DNA of 64,000 bases from Eukaryota sp. TZLM1-RC (GCA_040285825.1 JAUPSS010000004.1:5733784-5797783); one strand, 5' to 3'; shown: positions 48,953 to 63,157, counted from the stretch's first letter. A program made the numbers and translations. Notes: generated by a model from the letters alone, not told the origin.

Positions 48953-50482
48953 ATGACTTACAAGAACCATTTGGCAATATCTATTGTTAAACATACCTAT
49001 GGTGATCTCTCATCCTCAATAGTCGAATCTCTACTCACTACGTCCCACCAAACATTGAAAGAACTGATGAAATCCACTTCCATTTCTTACCAACACATAA
49101 ACAAACCCCTTCTCGCCCTCATTACTAACAACATTGTGCTCTACCTTGAAGAGTTTGCCCCTATACCTCTTCAAACCCAGGACACCATTCTTATTGAACG
49201 ACCAAAAGATGAAGAACCCATTAGTACAAAGTACTTTGTTAATATTGACCACATCTTTCTTTTCAACCGTCTACCTAAGCTGTACGACATTGTCAGAACC
49301 ATTGCTGGTCCTGAGGGAGTGGTGATTGTTGAAACCCTGCTCCAGGAAGGAAGAAACTACAAGTCCATCCTTCTTGATAGGGTACTTCACCAAGAACTTT
49401 CAAGGAGAAGCTCTGTTAGCTTGGATGAGAAGAACAGAATACAAGACTCTCTTGAGGTTGCCTTCTCCAAGCTTGCTGAAAATCAAATAATCTGGAGGCA
49501 TTCAACGGGAGGAAAGCTGGTGAGAAGAGGTGATGAAAGTGTGATTGTAGAGGTTCCAAAATCGAAAAGGAAACGATTAGCTCAAAATGCAGATCAAAGT
49601 TCAAAATTATTACGTGATGATATTGGTAATGATCTGTTTCCTGATTTGAATCACCAAGAAGGTGACGTGTCCCCTATGGATAGTCAAGCTTTTTCTGAAA
49701 CTTATTGGTCTCTTAATTCAAATTCCTGTCTTCGTCTTTTCCGTCATGGTTTAATTCTCTCTTTCATCAATCAACAGCATGGTGAACTGGTGCATAAAAT
49801 ATTCAGAGCCTTCATTATTTGTGCTAGAGGAACGGAACCTTCAATTAAGAATAGAAGGTTGGGCCCAGTTGCTATTGATTCAATGTGCGCTGAACTTGCT
49901 GAACTTGGTGCTAATGCTCTGACAATGTTTTCAGCTGAAAGAGTTGGCCAGGTTTTCGAAAAGTTGAAAAGTTTACCAAATTCTTGGATAGAGCAAGAAG
50001 GAACCCTAGGCGGTGGTTCTTTTGTTGTTAATATATCCAACATAATGAAAATTCTTAAAAAAAGACTAATTCAAGATATCATTACAAAGAAGTTTGACTC
50101 TTTTATTGCCGGAAGAATATATGCATTGCTTCTGGATAATGAAAATTTGGAAGAAAAAATCATTACTGAGTTATGCGTGTGTTCTCCTACAGATTCAAGA
50201 AGGATACTCCATGCAATGTTGTTTGAAAATTACGTTCAAACTGAAGCAAAAGGTGCCGATAAGACTTCAAATAAAGCAACATTTTATTATTCTCTGAATA
50301 AGGAATCTGTTGTTACTTCAATTATTGATTTGGCGTATGAAGGATATTTTAAGTTGTACGCACGGTTACAAAAAGAGCTCAAAGACGGATCAAGTACTGA
50401 AAATTTAGTAAGGCTGGAACATTCTTTGTTATCTCTTGATGATTCTATTCTAGTTTTGGATAATTTCTCTAGTTTTGATTAG
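48953..50482 (+). CDS. RPC3: RNA polymerase III subunit RPC3 (RPC62/RPC82)
   Basis: 509-aa intact ORF. N-terminal IVKHTYGDL..IVE.LL...TL.EL, L..L..NNIV, IVETLL.EGR, and C-terminal RIY..LL...LEEK.I winged-helix pattern. Confidence 0.8.
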   Translation: MTYKNHLAISIVKHTYGDLSSSIVESLLTTSHQTLKELMKSTSISYQHINKPLLALITNNIVLYLEEFAPIPLQTQDTILIERPKDEEPISTKYFVNIDHIFLFNRLPKLYDIVRTIAGPEGVVIVETLLQEGRNYKSILLDRVLHQELSRRSSVSLDEKNRIQDSLEVAFSKLAENQIIWRHSTGGKLVRRGDESVIVEVPKSKRKRLAQNADQSSKLLRDDIGNDLFPDLNHQEGDVSPMDSQAFSETYWSLNSNSCLRLFRHGLILSFINQQHGELVHKIFRAFIICARGTEPSIKNRRLGPVAIDSMCAELAELGANALTMFSAERVGQVFEKLKSLPNSWIEQEGTLGGGSFVVNISNIMKILKKRLIQDIITKKFDSFIAGRIYALLLDNENLEEKIITELCVCSPTDSRRILHAMLFENYVQTEAKGADKTSNKATFYYSLNKESVVTSIIDLAYEGYFKLYARLQKELKDGSSTENLVRLEHSLLSLDDSILVLDNFSSFD

Positions 50483-50959
50483 TTTTTTTTGGTGATTTGA
50501 ATAATCCTGTATTGTGATAATCTAATAATTGTTTATTTAATTGCTTTAATTTCATTACTTTTTGATAATTTTCTAAATAAAACAATATTGTTTCAGTTTT
50601 GTTTCAAATTAATCATCTTTTAGTTTTCTTCAATGAAAATAGCTAGCTTCAACCCACAAGTGACTCTTCAACGTTGGCACCTTCACAAAGTTTCTCAATT
50701 TACAACCTTGTTTTGGCTAAAAGTACAATTACAGTGGGATTTGGTGCTTTGCTCAAGAATCTCTCCCTCAAATCATAGGTCCTGATAGGTACAAGATACC
50801 TATTACTGATATTAGGTACTTTAAACTTATAATAGAGAGAACTTTTGTGGGTTTTTCTTCGGAACAGCTTTATGATTCAACATGTCATTCTTAATTAATT
50901 CTTAATCAATTATCACCATTAATTAATTACGATAGGTAGGCAACAACGAATCAATGTTT

Positions 50960-53900
50960 CAGAATCAAATCACATTTTCAGATCTTGTGCTCCTCCCACA
51001 GCCTGTAATTCAGTAAGAACATTTATGGTCTTCTACTCAATGATCAATTTTGTTTGGAAAACGATTCACAGATCCAAAGTCAAAATTTTTTCTACCTCCA
51101 ATAAATGCCGTTTTACAAAGATAGCTTCATTTATGAAAATCAAAATTTTCAAAATCTGTACAACAAAAATTTGACTTTTTAATTGAGATGATTTCTGAAA
51201 AATTTGCTAAGAAATTGTCCCTTGTTCATTGAAAATACGACACAATTCAAAAGAAACTGACAGTGATGTTGATCTTAAAATATGAGTAAACTGTCCACAG
51301 TGACACACTCTAATAAAAAAGAATTTTAAATGTTTTTCAATATCTATATTCTTAATTGATTCTAACTCATTTCTAAATTGAGTCAAGAAATTCGAAAGTT
51401 GGCTTTTGACATCATCAATACTTCCGAGGTAACACTCCAAAACCCGAAAACCAGACTGATCGTAATTGGTAAAAAAGGCCTTGATGATATTAATAAAAAA
51501 ATCAATTGGTTCGTGTTCATTGAGAACTCTGAAGCTGCTGTTGACTTTGTCTCCTGTAATGTTGCAAATTACACTTTGATTCAAAGAAGAAAACTTGATC
51601 CTGTAGAGGCTCTTGAATTTAACGCCAAAGAAAAACATAGAAAATAGGACAAAAATATTGGAGAAGGCAATGCTGATAGAAATAAACCATTTGTTTTTAT
51701 TGTTTTCCAAATTTCGATAAACGGAAGTCTATCAGTAGAAGCACAAACTTTTTTGAATAACTTCCAAAAAATGGTTCAAAAAAACAATGAAAAGATTTGA
51801 ACTTTCTTTATGGTGCTCTCGGATTCAATTTGTGATTATTAATAGATTACCTCGGTTTTTCGACCAAATTAGAGAAGCTTTAGCTAGACAGCAAGGAGAT
51901 CAAGATTTTGTGGAGGAAATCTTGGTTCAATCAATTTCGTCCCATTAGTTATAAGTTTATTTTGTTAAATGTGCAAGATCAATAAATCTAATATTTAAGA
52001 AGCTAAGGCTGATAGGGATAGACAACTTGCGTTTATTTCTTTCCTATTTTCGATAAACGGAAGACTATCAGTAGAAGCAGGAACTGTTTTGAATGATGTC
52101 CAAAAAATGGTTTAAGAAAAAACAATGAACAAATTTGATATCTTTTTATGGCACTTTTGAATTCAAATTGCCATTATTAATAGATTACATCGGTTTTTCA
52201 ATCGAATTAGCGAAGCTTTAGCTAGACAGCAAGCAGATCAAGACTTTGTAGAGTAAATCTTGTTTCAATGATATTCGTCCCATTAGTTATGATTTTAATT
52301 TTTCAAGTGTATAAGTTTAATAAAAGTTCGAACTTTTATTTATTTATTTTTTGTATTTCTATCAGCATCAGTTTCTTCAATATCTTTATCATATTTTCTA
52401 TGTTTTTCTTTTGCTTTAAAATCAAGAGCACTCACAGGATAAAGTTTTCTTCTGTTCTGTTTTTATTCAAAAACAAAATTGTTTCCACCACCAATGAAAG
52501 GAGCTTCGTTCACATACATTGATGAATTAAAACCAACACCACAAAGTGGAACATCAGAAAAAATACGATTTTGCAAAATTGATGGATCAACAGACATTAA
52601 ATAAGCCAAACAATCTGTAATTTTGTTAAATTGTCTACAAAGATTGTACGTTAGGGATGGAGGAAGTGATCGAAGTAAATGGGTAATTTTTCCAACATAA
52701 CATATTTTCAAAAGAAAAAACTTGACATGTTTTTCCAATTCAAGGGTCTCAATAACTTCAAGCTCTTTTTTGATAGAATCCAAACAGTTATTAAGACTAC
52801 CAAGTGTCTTTTCCGCAGAACCTAAATAGCAACCAAGAAAACAGAAACTAGTTGAAGAATAATCAATATATGGAACTTCAAGGGAATTAATTATTAACTT
52901 AACATTTTTTCTAGAAATACAAAAACAGTTTTGAACATTCAACTCAAGACCTATGGATTGGTATAATGTAGCAGCTTCATTAGCAACTCTATGAATTGTA
53001 CTTTCTGGACCAAAACGGGAAATGTAATCCATGTAAGCTACCACTTGAAGGTCAGAATTTTCTTCTTTTAATTGTTTCAAGATTGGGTGAATTGCAAGAC
53101 AAAAAAAGAAAGGACCTAAAGGGTCTCCTTGTTTAACTCCTGATAAAGAATCAAGATCAAAGGAATTAAAAATTAAGTCAGACGAATTACTTTAAAACCT
53201 ATCAAAAAAGGTTTCGAGTTCAGGGAAATTTGATTTGAGTTCTTGAAGTGTTTAATTGTTTAAAGTTTTAATTTGAGTTTTTTAGCCAAAATTAAAAGCA
53301 TTTTTAAAAAATTAAAAATGTAATTAGAATAACTAGAATTGAAGAAAACATTTTGAGGAAAGAACAGTAGCAGAAGCACGATCAAATGTCTTGCTTCCAA
53401 ATTGATAAGGACTAAAATTCTTTAGCTTTTTTTCCATTTCTATTCAATCTTCTATTTTGTGTCAGTCAGCATTTTTGGGTGGAGGCAAGACTTTTGATTA
53501 TCAATTTTCTCGTAGATTTTTTGAAGATTCTCATTTGTTAGTTCCAAATAGCAGTCATAATTTGAATGAGTTATCTCCTGAGCTCGAAAAATTGCTACCA
53601 CAAGAATGAGCCAAATGTTTTCCCCAATCAATTCAAGAAATTCCGGACTGATCTCTTTTTAATTTGCAGTTTTGTTGTAAAAAACTTCAAAAATTGTCAA
53701 AGATTTTAGAAAGCTTGGATTTTGATCTTGGCTTGGCCAAGAAAAAGAATCCCACTTTTGCAAATCTTTTACAAGATATGTGTGACAGTACTTCTTCTGC
53801 TTTAGTAACAACAATTCCTCAAGTTTATTGTACAATCCTCACTGATTCTGCTTGGACTTTGAATATGAGATTTCGTTCCTTTATCTGGCCTGATAATTTA

Positions 53901-54590
53901 CATCATAATTGAATTTGTAAATGTTCTCGAAAATTACAATTACTCATTTGTTAAATTGTAAACGTTTTCTTACTTTTAGAGGCAAGGTTCACGATGCTGT
54001 AAGAGATCAATTATATTGTATGTGTAAGTCTCATAGAATTGAATCCTTTTTGGAACCTCTGTTGTCAAATCTGTTTGATACTGAAGATGATTTTCATAAG
54101 AATAATAGAGGTGATGTCATTTGACCTGAATTAGATGGAACTTTCAGCTTATTTTATGTAATGTCTGTTGATCCTTGTAATGCCTCAAATGAAAGGCTTG
54201 TTAATTCTGAAGTTCATAATCCTCTTTCAAATGCTGAAAATTTCAAAATCAAAAAATACAATGAACCTTTGTCCAAATTGGCCAGTCTACAGCATACAAA
54301 ATACAATTTGTATCCATTTGTATTTTCCCTTTTTGGTTCACTTGCACCAACTGCTTTACGTTTTTTGGAAGATTTTGAAATGATTGTAAAGAGAACCACA
54401 AACAGAAATTTCCACAGATTGCTTTGGCAAAATAGAATTGTGTTTTCTGTTTTTAAGGGGATGTTGGAGAAGGTTTCTGATGCTTTGTTTTCTCTTGGAT
54501 CTCACTATGAGAGAGTTGCATCTAGGGTTTTTGTTTTGGGAGAGATGGATTTTTTAGATGTTGATTGATAGGTTTTTAATAAATAAATAT
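50960..54590. mobile_element. Patch of older decayed CRE fragments (D-, E-, A-, C- and B-like)
   Basis: Many stops and substitutions relative to the young copies. ORFs 51207-51710, 52463-53080, 53664-54568. Confidence 0.8.
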
Positions 54591-54727
54591 TATTGAAGAA
54601 ATCTTCAGCAAATTTATTCAACACATGCCTTAGTTGTGAAGACAATACTTGAATTAATACATACACAAAAACAGTTTAAGACACAATACAAGACAAAAAT
54701 ACAATAGTAATTTATTAAGTATTTCCA

Positions 54728-55454
54728 CTAAATACTACTCAGACCTCTATTACCTCTACCACGACCCCTTCCTCTCCCTCTGCCCCTTCCCCTTCCCCGT
54801 CCACGTCCACGTCCCCTACCTCCACGGTACTTCTTCTCTGGTATGGACAAACTGTCAAAAAAAGAATTAGTAGGATTGTATGCAGGTTTAATAGAAGATA
54901 GCTTATCATTAGGTTTGTCTTCATCAATATCCATTAAAGAATCAACAAAAGACTTCTTATCAAACCGTTGGTTAGCAGCAGCCAAATCAAAATCTTCGTC
55001 ACCGACTGTTTGTTGAGTAATCTGCTCAACATAGGGTCTACGGTACCTACGTTCATTATTGGATTGGGGGACTGGGTTCTCAACTGGTTCCTTTTTGGTA
55101 GATGGAGTAGTGTGGGTTTCATGGGAAATGTCGGGAGCTTCACCAACAGAGACAATGGCAGGGTCACCAAGGAGAGGAGCTTCCTCTATAACAGTACATT
55201 CTTTAATTTGAGTACCGGAAAACACAATGTAGCTGTGTACCTCGTCTGAAGGGGGAATGCATTGAGGACCAGTTTTGCGTCCTTCAGTTCCGAAGCATTT
55301 GACATTCTGAAGTGCAATAGCTTGAACCTTGGGATCAATAGTGTAAAGTTTACCTTCGTAGCGACATTCAGACTGAAGTAAGAAAGAGGCGAAGGAGCCA
55401 AACATTAGATATGATAGAGACAGATTTTCCTATGAACTGATAAGGATTAGCCAT
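54728..55454 (-). CDS. LSM14: LSM14/Scd6 (Lsm, FDF, FFD, RG repeats); one 31-nt intron at 55373-55403
   Basis: Spliced product reads MANPYQFIGKSVSIISN|SECRYEG.L...V...GTEGR; EDFDL...N.RFDK; YNPTNSFFDSLS; (RG)n tail. Confidence 0.9.
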
Positions 55455-55749
55455 GAGTAGATGCTTAATATCAAAAAGTTGAAAAAATGGGTAAAAAAAT
55501 TCTTTTTCCTAGAAATATTTTAACATATTGAATTTCTCAAACCAGGCCTACCATCTTTTATTCCATCGCAAACATTTTTCCACTTTCTGTGTTCCTTATT
55601 GCGCATTATGCCTCACAACTTTGATTTTCTGATTCAATGATTTTGCATTCAGTCTATTCTTTATTTAACAATTGTGATCCAGCAATATGTTCACCAACAC
55701 TTTGTTTTTTAGATGTTTATAATTCTTTAATTGTATTAGATGTATGTGG

Positions 55750-56335
55750 ATGAAGATTTTGTAGAGTAAATCGTGGTTCAATGAATTTCGTCCCATTAGA
55801 CACGAGTTTATTTTATTGAGTTCACAAGTTCAATAAATCAAAAGCAACAATTTATGTGTCTCATATACCTTTTTCACAAATGATTTTTGCGATCCCTACA
55901 TACAGATGGATTGTTTAATGATCAATCCATAACTCTGTTCCCAAGAACCCCAAAAACGAATTGTATTGTGTTAAAATGAAGTAAATGTTGCAGTTAAATT
56001 ATTTGACATATTTAATAAGGTAATTGTATTTTGTTAAATATTATTTATTTCTTAAACAAGTTATAAATAAACATCTAAATGATCCATCTCACCCATAACG
56101 AAACAGCTAGATGCAACTCTCTTATAATGAGATCTGAAAGAATGGAGAGCATCAGAAACCATCCTCAAAATTTCCTTAGAAACAGAAAACACAATTCTAT
56201 TTTGGCAAAAGAATCTTTTAAAATTTCTGTTGGTTCTTTGCTTTACAAACATTTCAATACCTTCCACACAACGTACAGCGGTGGGAGCAAAGGAACCAAA
56301 CAGAGACAATGCAAATGAATACAAATTGTATTTTC
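55750..56335. mobile_element. Decayed E tail and B-like 3' fragment in the divergent LSM14/CCT4 intergenic region
   Basis: ORF 56061-56324 resembles the B C-terminus; an E tail lies at ~55750-55840. Confidence 0.7.
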
Positions 56336-56400
56336 AGATAATTGCATTGCAAAGAGGTGTCTTACACTTTTATCTCACCCTTCTTAAATTGAAAACTCAA

Positions 56401-58058
56401 ATGTCTTCCTCACAGACTGTTTGTCAACTTAACATGCATCCTGAACACAGACCAAACAGAAAGATGTCCGCACATCTAACATTTTAAGCGCTGTAGCAGT
56501 AGCTGATCTTATCCGTACCAGTCTTGGTCCTAGGGGTTTGTGTTCTTATTGTTCTATCTAACGATAGGCATGGATAAGATGATTATCGACGCGAAAGAAC
56601 AGGTTACGATCTCGAATGATGGAGCCACCATCATGTCCAACCTTGAGTTGCAACATCCCGCTGCTCGAATGGTATCTTCCATCTTCTTTATTTTCACCCT
56701 AGCTTATCGATCTCTCCAAGGCTCAAGATGTTGAAGCTGGTGATGGAACTACTTCTGTTGTGGTACTTGCCGGATCTCTCTTGCGGGCGGCCCACCGATT
56801 GCTTGAGAAGGGTCTGCATGCGGCCAAAATTTTTGAAGGATTTGGCATCGCATGGCGCAGAGCTACGGAGATCATGGAAGACCTGGCCTTACCGGTTGAT
56901 CTTAATGACCACTCTATCCTGGAACAGAACGCTACCACTTCCCTCTCCTCCAAGGTTGTCTCACATTCTGCAGATATTTTAGCTCCTTTGGCTGTCAAAG
57001 CGGTCACTAGCGTGGTCGACCCTTCCATTGCTGACAATGTTGATCTTAATAACATTCGTGTTGTTTGTAAGGTTGGAGGCACTATTGAAGATACTAGACT
57101 TGTGGAAGGTCTTGTTTTCCCTCAAGGTGCAATCAGAGCCAGTGGAAGTCCTACTCGAGTTGAGAATGCTAAAATTGGTCTCATCCAATTCTGTCTTTCT
57201 GCTCCTAAGTCAGACATGGAGTCCACCATTATTGTCTCAGAATATGAACAAATGGATCGTGTTTTGAGAGAAGAACGTAAATATGTATTGAGTCTTATTA
57301 AAACAATCAAGAAGAGTGGCTGTAACGTTTTGCTTATACAAAAGTCCATTCTCCGTGATGCTGTTGGAGATCTGGCCTTACATTATTTAGGAAAACTTGG
57401 TATCCTTGCTATTAAAGATATTGAGCGATCTGAAATTGATTTCATCTCAAGATCCACTGGTGCTCTCCCTGTTGCCTCCATAGAAGGATTTACTTCTGAT
57501 AAGCTTGGACACGCTCAATTGGTTGAACAACTCAGTACACCTGGTGGAAAGATTGTTGAAGTTACTGGTTGTTCCCTTGCCAAAAACCCCACTATATCTG
57601 TTCTTGTCCGTGGTTCGAATAATTTAGTTGTTGCTGAAGCCGAGCGTTCTATTCACGATGCTTTATGTGTTGTACGTTCACTTGTTAAGAGAAAGGCTCT
57701 CTTGGTTGGTGGGGGTGCAGCTGAAGTAGAATGTGCTCAAAGATTGAACTCGATGGCAAGAACTGAATCTGGTCTCGTTGGACATTGTCTGCGTGCTTTT
57801 GCTGATGCCCTGGAGGTTATTCCTATCACACTTGCTGAGAATGCTGGTCTTAACGCCATTCAAACTTTAACTGCTTTGAGGAAAGCTCATTCTGATGGAC
57901 AACGCTTTGCGGGAGTTGATGTTCGTAGAGGCAAGGTATCTGATATGCAAGAGCTTGAAGTTTTACAGCCTTTGTTGGTTAACACCTCAGCTCTTTCACT
58001 TGCTGTTGAATATGTTCGTATGTTGTTAAAAATTGATGATATTGTCTCCTGTCGTTAA
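56401..58058 (+). CDS. CCT4: T-complex protein 1 subunit delta; introns 56419-56450, 56536-56567, 56672-56702
   Basis: Spliced product reads ..[44 protein letters not shown]; CCT4-type [22 protein letters not shown]. Confidence 0.95.
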
Positions 58059-58499
58059 GGGGATTTCTTTGATGTAAACTAAGACAATTGTTGTAGAGTT
58101 TTTCATTTTATATGTTTAATTTGATTGATAACAATCATTTAATAAAATGCTTTCATGGTTTTTTTCTCAAGATCAGCAATGAACTCTATGTTTCGATCCC
58201 TTTTCCGTTATTCATATAATCACGTTTCTGTAACAACTTTTTCAATATCATGATAATAACTATCATGAAACTTGATCAATTAATAAAGTAATTTCATTTA
58301 AGTCATCAGATTTTAATAAAGTTTTTGGAATTAAAGTTGTATTGGCGGGAATGTTGGTATATCAGCTATTTGTAGAACTTGATGATCTTATTCAAGTGAA
58401 AAGTGTTGCGTCAGGAAATTGACCTATATCATATCCAAAGTTCAACTCTCCCGTCGATACTATTTTACTAGAAATAAATCGAAAGCCATGATTCTGATC

Positions 58500-60450
58500 T
58501 GCTGATTTGGTAGAATTGTATTTACAAAATCATCTATTCTATGTAAAGAAGCATGATTTTCATAAGAATATGAGGTGACGATATTTTACCTGAATTAGAT
58601 GGAAGTTTTTGATATAATAAATGTGGTGTCTGTTGATCTTTTCAATGTTTTAATGAGAAGCTAGTTAATTGTGAAGTTCTTAATGCTCTTTCCATACAAT
58701 TCTGTTTTGCCAAAACATTTTGTCAAAAATTCTTGCTGTAAGTTGTTTTTACTTATTTTATTCTAACGAAATTGTTAAAAACTAAAAATCAATTTCCGCA
58801 AACTCCACATCTACCATTGAAAATTTACCTACAGCATTTTCTTCATAAAAACTTTCTAGTAATTACAACCAGCTAGAAACAAGATCACGCATTCCTTTTA
58901 AAGATAGAAAATACAGTTCTGTTTTGCCAAAAGGTTCGGTCAAATATTCTTCAAGTTCTGCTTTTGAAAATAGATAAAAATTCGTTTATAAAGGATAACA
59001 CAGTTTTACCCAAGGTTCCAATCAAAGAAAGAGAAAAATGACACAGAAGGTATTGATTATGCGAGTTGGAATTCAGATTATTTATTTTTTCTGTGTACTT
59101 AATAATTTTCGCTTCTTCGGCTCTTCGTAAAGGTGAATTATAAGATTGTGTCAGTTTTGAATTTGAGCTGTTTGATACATCAGTATATCTGACGTCAATA
59201 ATGAACATTGATCCATCAAGACATGCAACTAACACATCACCGCGGCTATCACCAACAGAATTTCTGTTAGCTTCAGCAGCCAAATTTGAAAGCAACGGTT
59301 CTAATATAGATTGAATCTTGTAGGTTTTAAACATACAATGGAGCTGATCACGGACTGCATCATCCACTGTTGATCTCAAAATAATAAATCGATTACAATT
59401 ATATAAATGGGTTGGAGTGACAGACTTTCCGCACTTACAAATTAAACCATGGGGAAGATTATTAGGCCAAATAAAAGATCGAAGACGCGTTAGTATAAAA
59501 AGCAAGGGTCATCTAGAGACAAACCATAAATTCTTTTTACTTATTTAATTGATCAAGGCGCAGGACTACGACAAACATTCAGTAAAAAATTTGCAAAAGC
59601 GGGATTTTTTTGTTTGGCCATGTCAAGACGTACTTCATGCTCTAAGCCTTCAAAAATTACCTTTACTTTTTGTTGAAGCTTTTGTACACAATACTGTAAA
59701 GTAACTAAATTTCGTGGAGGAATCTCTTGAACTGAGTCGGTAAAACATTGACACCAAATTTCTGGTGCAATTTTAGCAACAGCAACATCAAGGTCATACA
59801 AATGTTTGGAAAATGATGGATTGAGCAAATGGCTATCTTCAAGGAAACGATCGAGTGGTGGTGGAAACGATTTCCACCACCAACAAAAGCCGCTTGACAG
59901 AGAATTTAAGATTAACTAAAGCCAGCAACACCAAATGGTGAAGATGAGAACAAGTGGGCTCGATTTAGCTCAGGATTCACTTCTAAAAGGAAAGCAAAGA
60001 AACTTGCACGAAGTTGATTAAATGGTCGGGAGAAATCGATAGACAAAAATGGTGCCGTCGACCTCAATAAGTGAGTAATTTTTCCTGAAAAGCAAATTTT
60101 CAAAATTAAAAATTTGATATTTGTCCCTATTTCTAATTCAACAATTGAATCAAACTCATTATCAAGTTTTTCGGCAATTTCATCAAGATTTCTAGTTTCT
60201 TCAACAACATTTCTTAACCAACAACCTAAAAAACGAAAAGCTTCTTGAGAATATTTGGTAAGGGGAATTTTACAATTATTAATTTCAAACTCTTTATATT
60301 CATCGCCAATTAATAAACAATTCCAGGGATTCTCCAAAAGTTCAATATCTTCATATTACACAGCACTTTCATTTGAAGCTTTTTGGACAATAGCAATAGG
60401 ACCAATAAGGGAAATGTCATCCGTATAACCTACAATTTTTACAGCATATT
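58500..60450 (-). mobile_element. Old decayed CRE copy (family H) plus B-like scraps
   Basis: ORF pieces 58951-59505, 59553-59828 and 59912-60337 with CKCG..HLYNC..DAVRD..SRGD. Confidence 0.8.
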
Positions 60451-60790
60451 TTTCTTGAATTGATACCAGGGATTCTTGAAGTGCAATACAAAATCTCTTC
60501 CATTTCTTCAGTAAAATTATTCATACAACGTTGCAAAAACTCATTTCTTGAACGATTATAGGGAATGGGCTTGAATTTCTTAGCTATCAGTACTCTACAC
60601 AAATCATCTGAAAATGGACTAGATCTTTGATGCTAATAATATTGTGTGAACAATAATTGATTGTTACATTCTGTTTCAAAAATTCTGCATCACCCCAGAT
60701 TCAGCGATAAAAAACATGAAAAATTCATTGGGATGAAAAGGCTAATTTATACAATATTTATAAACAGTAATAAATTCATTCAACACAAAA

Positions 60791-62466
60791 CTAATTCTTC
60801 CTCAACTCGTCATTCAACACCATTTCTGCTTGTAAATCTCTGACCATTGAATAATAACTTCGAATTTGCTGAATACAATCATTTTTCTCATCGACAGCCT
60901 GTTCAAGATTGTTTTTGATCTTATCAGCCTTAATTTCAAGAGAACTTGAATGTTCATTGAGATTACCAGAAAGAGTTGCTAGCTTATCCATTGTTGCTTC
61001 TCTGAATGACTTATCTTTGCTCAAAGAAGTTGTTTGTGATTTTAAGTTCCTCATCAGCGATAATTCTCTTTCGAATACTTGTTTCTGATCAACCAAAGCA
61101 TTGTAGCGATCATAGTATCTTCTGGATTCGTCCAATAAAACTGCTAGCGCTTCGAATAACTCTGAAAAACGACGTTCAAATTGTACCAACTCAGGCCTAA
61201 TAGGAAATTCATCTTCTTTTCTTTTTAAAATCTCTATATTTTTAGATAAATCCTGCTTCATTGAACTGAGTTTGTCAACTTTGGCCTGCTCTCTCTTTAC
61301 TACATCAGTCAAGTTAGTAATTTTCTCAACAATTTCCTGATTTCCAGATTCATTTTCCTTCAATTTGGCGATTTCTTCCTTTAATTCAGCAACATTTTGT
61401 TTTGAATTAGCCTTCAACTCTAAATACTCAGTGGACACGGCTTCTAATTCATCTAATAATGAATTCAGCAAATCAATATCATCACCCCTTTCAGTTTTTA
61501 AGGTCTCAAACTTATCGATTTTCTTTCTAATTTTATTGACTTCTCCCAAGACACCAGTAATTTGAGTTCTTGTTGATTCAATTTTCTGCTTTGTACCTTC
61601 GATTTCCTCTTCAACCTTAGCCTTTTTCCCTAAAACAGCCTCTCTCTTTCTTCGTAGTTGAAGATGACGTGCATTTTGAGCTTCTTCTTGACTTGACTTG
61701 ACTTCCTTCTCATAAGCGGCTTGAGCAGCTTGAACCTCCAATGATTGTTCCTTTAAAGCCTTTTCAATACCACTGGTGGAAACATTACTGCTTGAAGAGA
61801 CAGTTTTAAGGATATCAGAGGCCTCAATGTGATCATCTTCTTCCTGGTCGTCGTCGGTCAACAGGAATTTTGGCACTTTCTTGGGGGAAATTCCAAATTC
61901 AAGCAGAGTCAAAGAGACTTTGTCAGAAAGATCAGTAACTCTGCGACGGAGCTTCTTTGGCTGTCTAAAACAACGATTACAAGGCTCTTTGGGAGGTTGC
62001 GGTTGGCATTCAGGTTGTGTAACAGGAGAGAGGAGATGAGAGTATTGGTACTCAGCAAAGGAACGGACTCTGGCAGAAGTGTCAGATCTAAAGGTAATTG
62101 CTTGCTTAACAAGCCATTGGACTATAGGAAATATGGCTGGGAGATCGAGACGAGAGACCTGATGAGGTTGAAGTGGGAAAGGGCACCTCATGATGTGGAG
62201 GGCATTGACGATGGATTCAGCAATCTTGCTGTGGTGAAAATGAGAAGGTTAACACACAGTTTTTCCTTTATAGGAGCATCTTCAACAAAAACGACACTGA
62301 CATCCACATCAACGTTGGATGCAGCAATACACCATGACATTCCACCAATGATTCTGTCAAAAGCAGTGAGAGAAGCAATACGAGCACGAAAGTAACCGGC
62401 TACAAGTAGAAGATCAATTGTTTCTTGAAGCTTTTCCTCTTGGGAATCATCAGCAAACCAATCCAT
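60791..62466 (-). CDS. CCDC93: Coiled-coil domain-containing protein 93 (CCC/Commander); 29-nt intron at 62229-62257
   Basis: LLLVAGYFRARI..L..FDRIIGGM.WCI; CPF.LQPHQ...LD...IFP.VQWLVK; long coiled coil with P.R.EL.QFERRF.EL. Confidence 0.92.
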
Positions 62467-62809
62467 TGAATATAAGCGAAGAAGGTTGCAAAATAAGTAA
62501 AAGAAAAGATGTTGACTATGTATTCTCTTTAATCAGCAAAATTCAATTTTACAAACACTAAAAACCATAAACTTGACAACTGTGAAAGATAATGTAGAGC
62601 TAAAGCACAATCATTGTGAGGACTGTTCAGTAGTTTATCCTTCTCTTCGTTGAACAAGACTTTTTATCCTAGTTTTTTACAAAAATTGACCTGTGTGTAT
62701 CGTGCAAAAAACAATGATACATTAAAGACAAAATCAACAAAGGATGAGATTGATTGAAAAGATAAGGATGAGGTCAAAATGGAAATAAAAATTCATTTTA
62801 CATTCCACA

Positions 62810-63157
62810 ATGTGTAAACACATCGTCAATGCTCAAGTTTCTATCCGCACCCCTTGTTGTAAACGTTGGTTTGACTGTCCTCAATGTCATGCCGACTGTA
62901 CAGACCACGAAATGCAAAAAACTACTGAACTTGTCTTAGCATGTAAAAAGTGTAAGAAGGTCTTTAGAGTGGACTTGGGGGACCCTGAAGCAGACGAGGC
63001 TGACCACTTCTGTCCTCACTGTGACAACTGCTATGTTCTTGACGCTGTGACGAATGAAGATGTAGAGGAAGAAAAGACCCTTCTTTCCTTTGAAAAGTCC
63101 TTAGATAAGCCAGTCTATGACCCCAGAATGGCCGAGAATAGTTTTCCATTGAGTTAG
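62810..63157 (+). CDS. CHY-type zinc finger protein
   Basis: MCKH...IRTPCC..WFDC..CH....DH....CKKC....CPHC pattern. Confidence 0.85.
   Translation: MCKHIVNAQVSIRTPCCKRWFDCPQCHADCTDHEMQKTTELVLACKKCKKVFRVDLGDPEADEADHFCPHCDNCYVLDAVTNEDVEEEKTLLSFEKSLDKPVYDPRMAENSFPLS

Noticed and set aside
61829-62395. 188-aa plus-strand ORF and other short antisense ORFs over host genes and TEs
   Set aside because: Shadow ORFs opposite conserved coding sequence, with no motifs.
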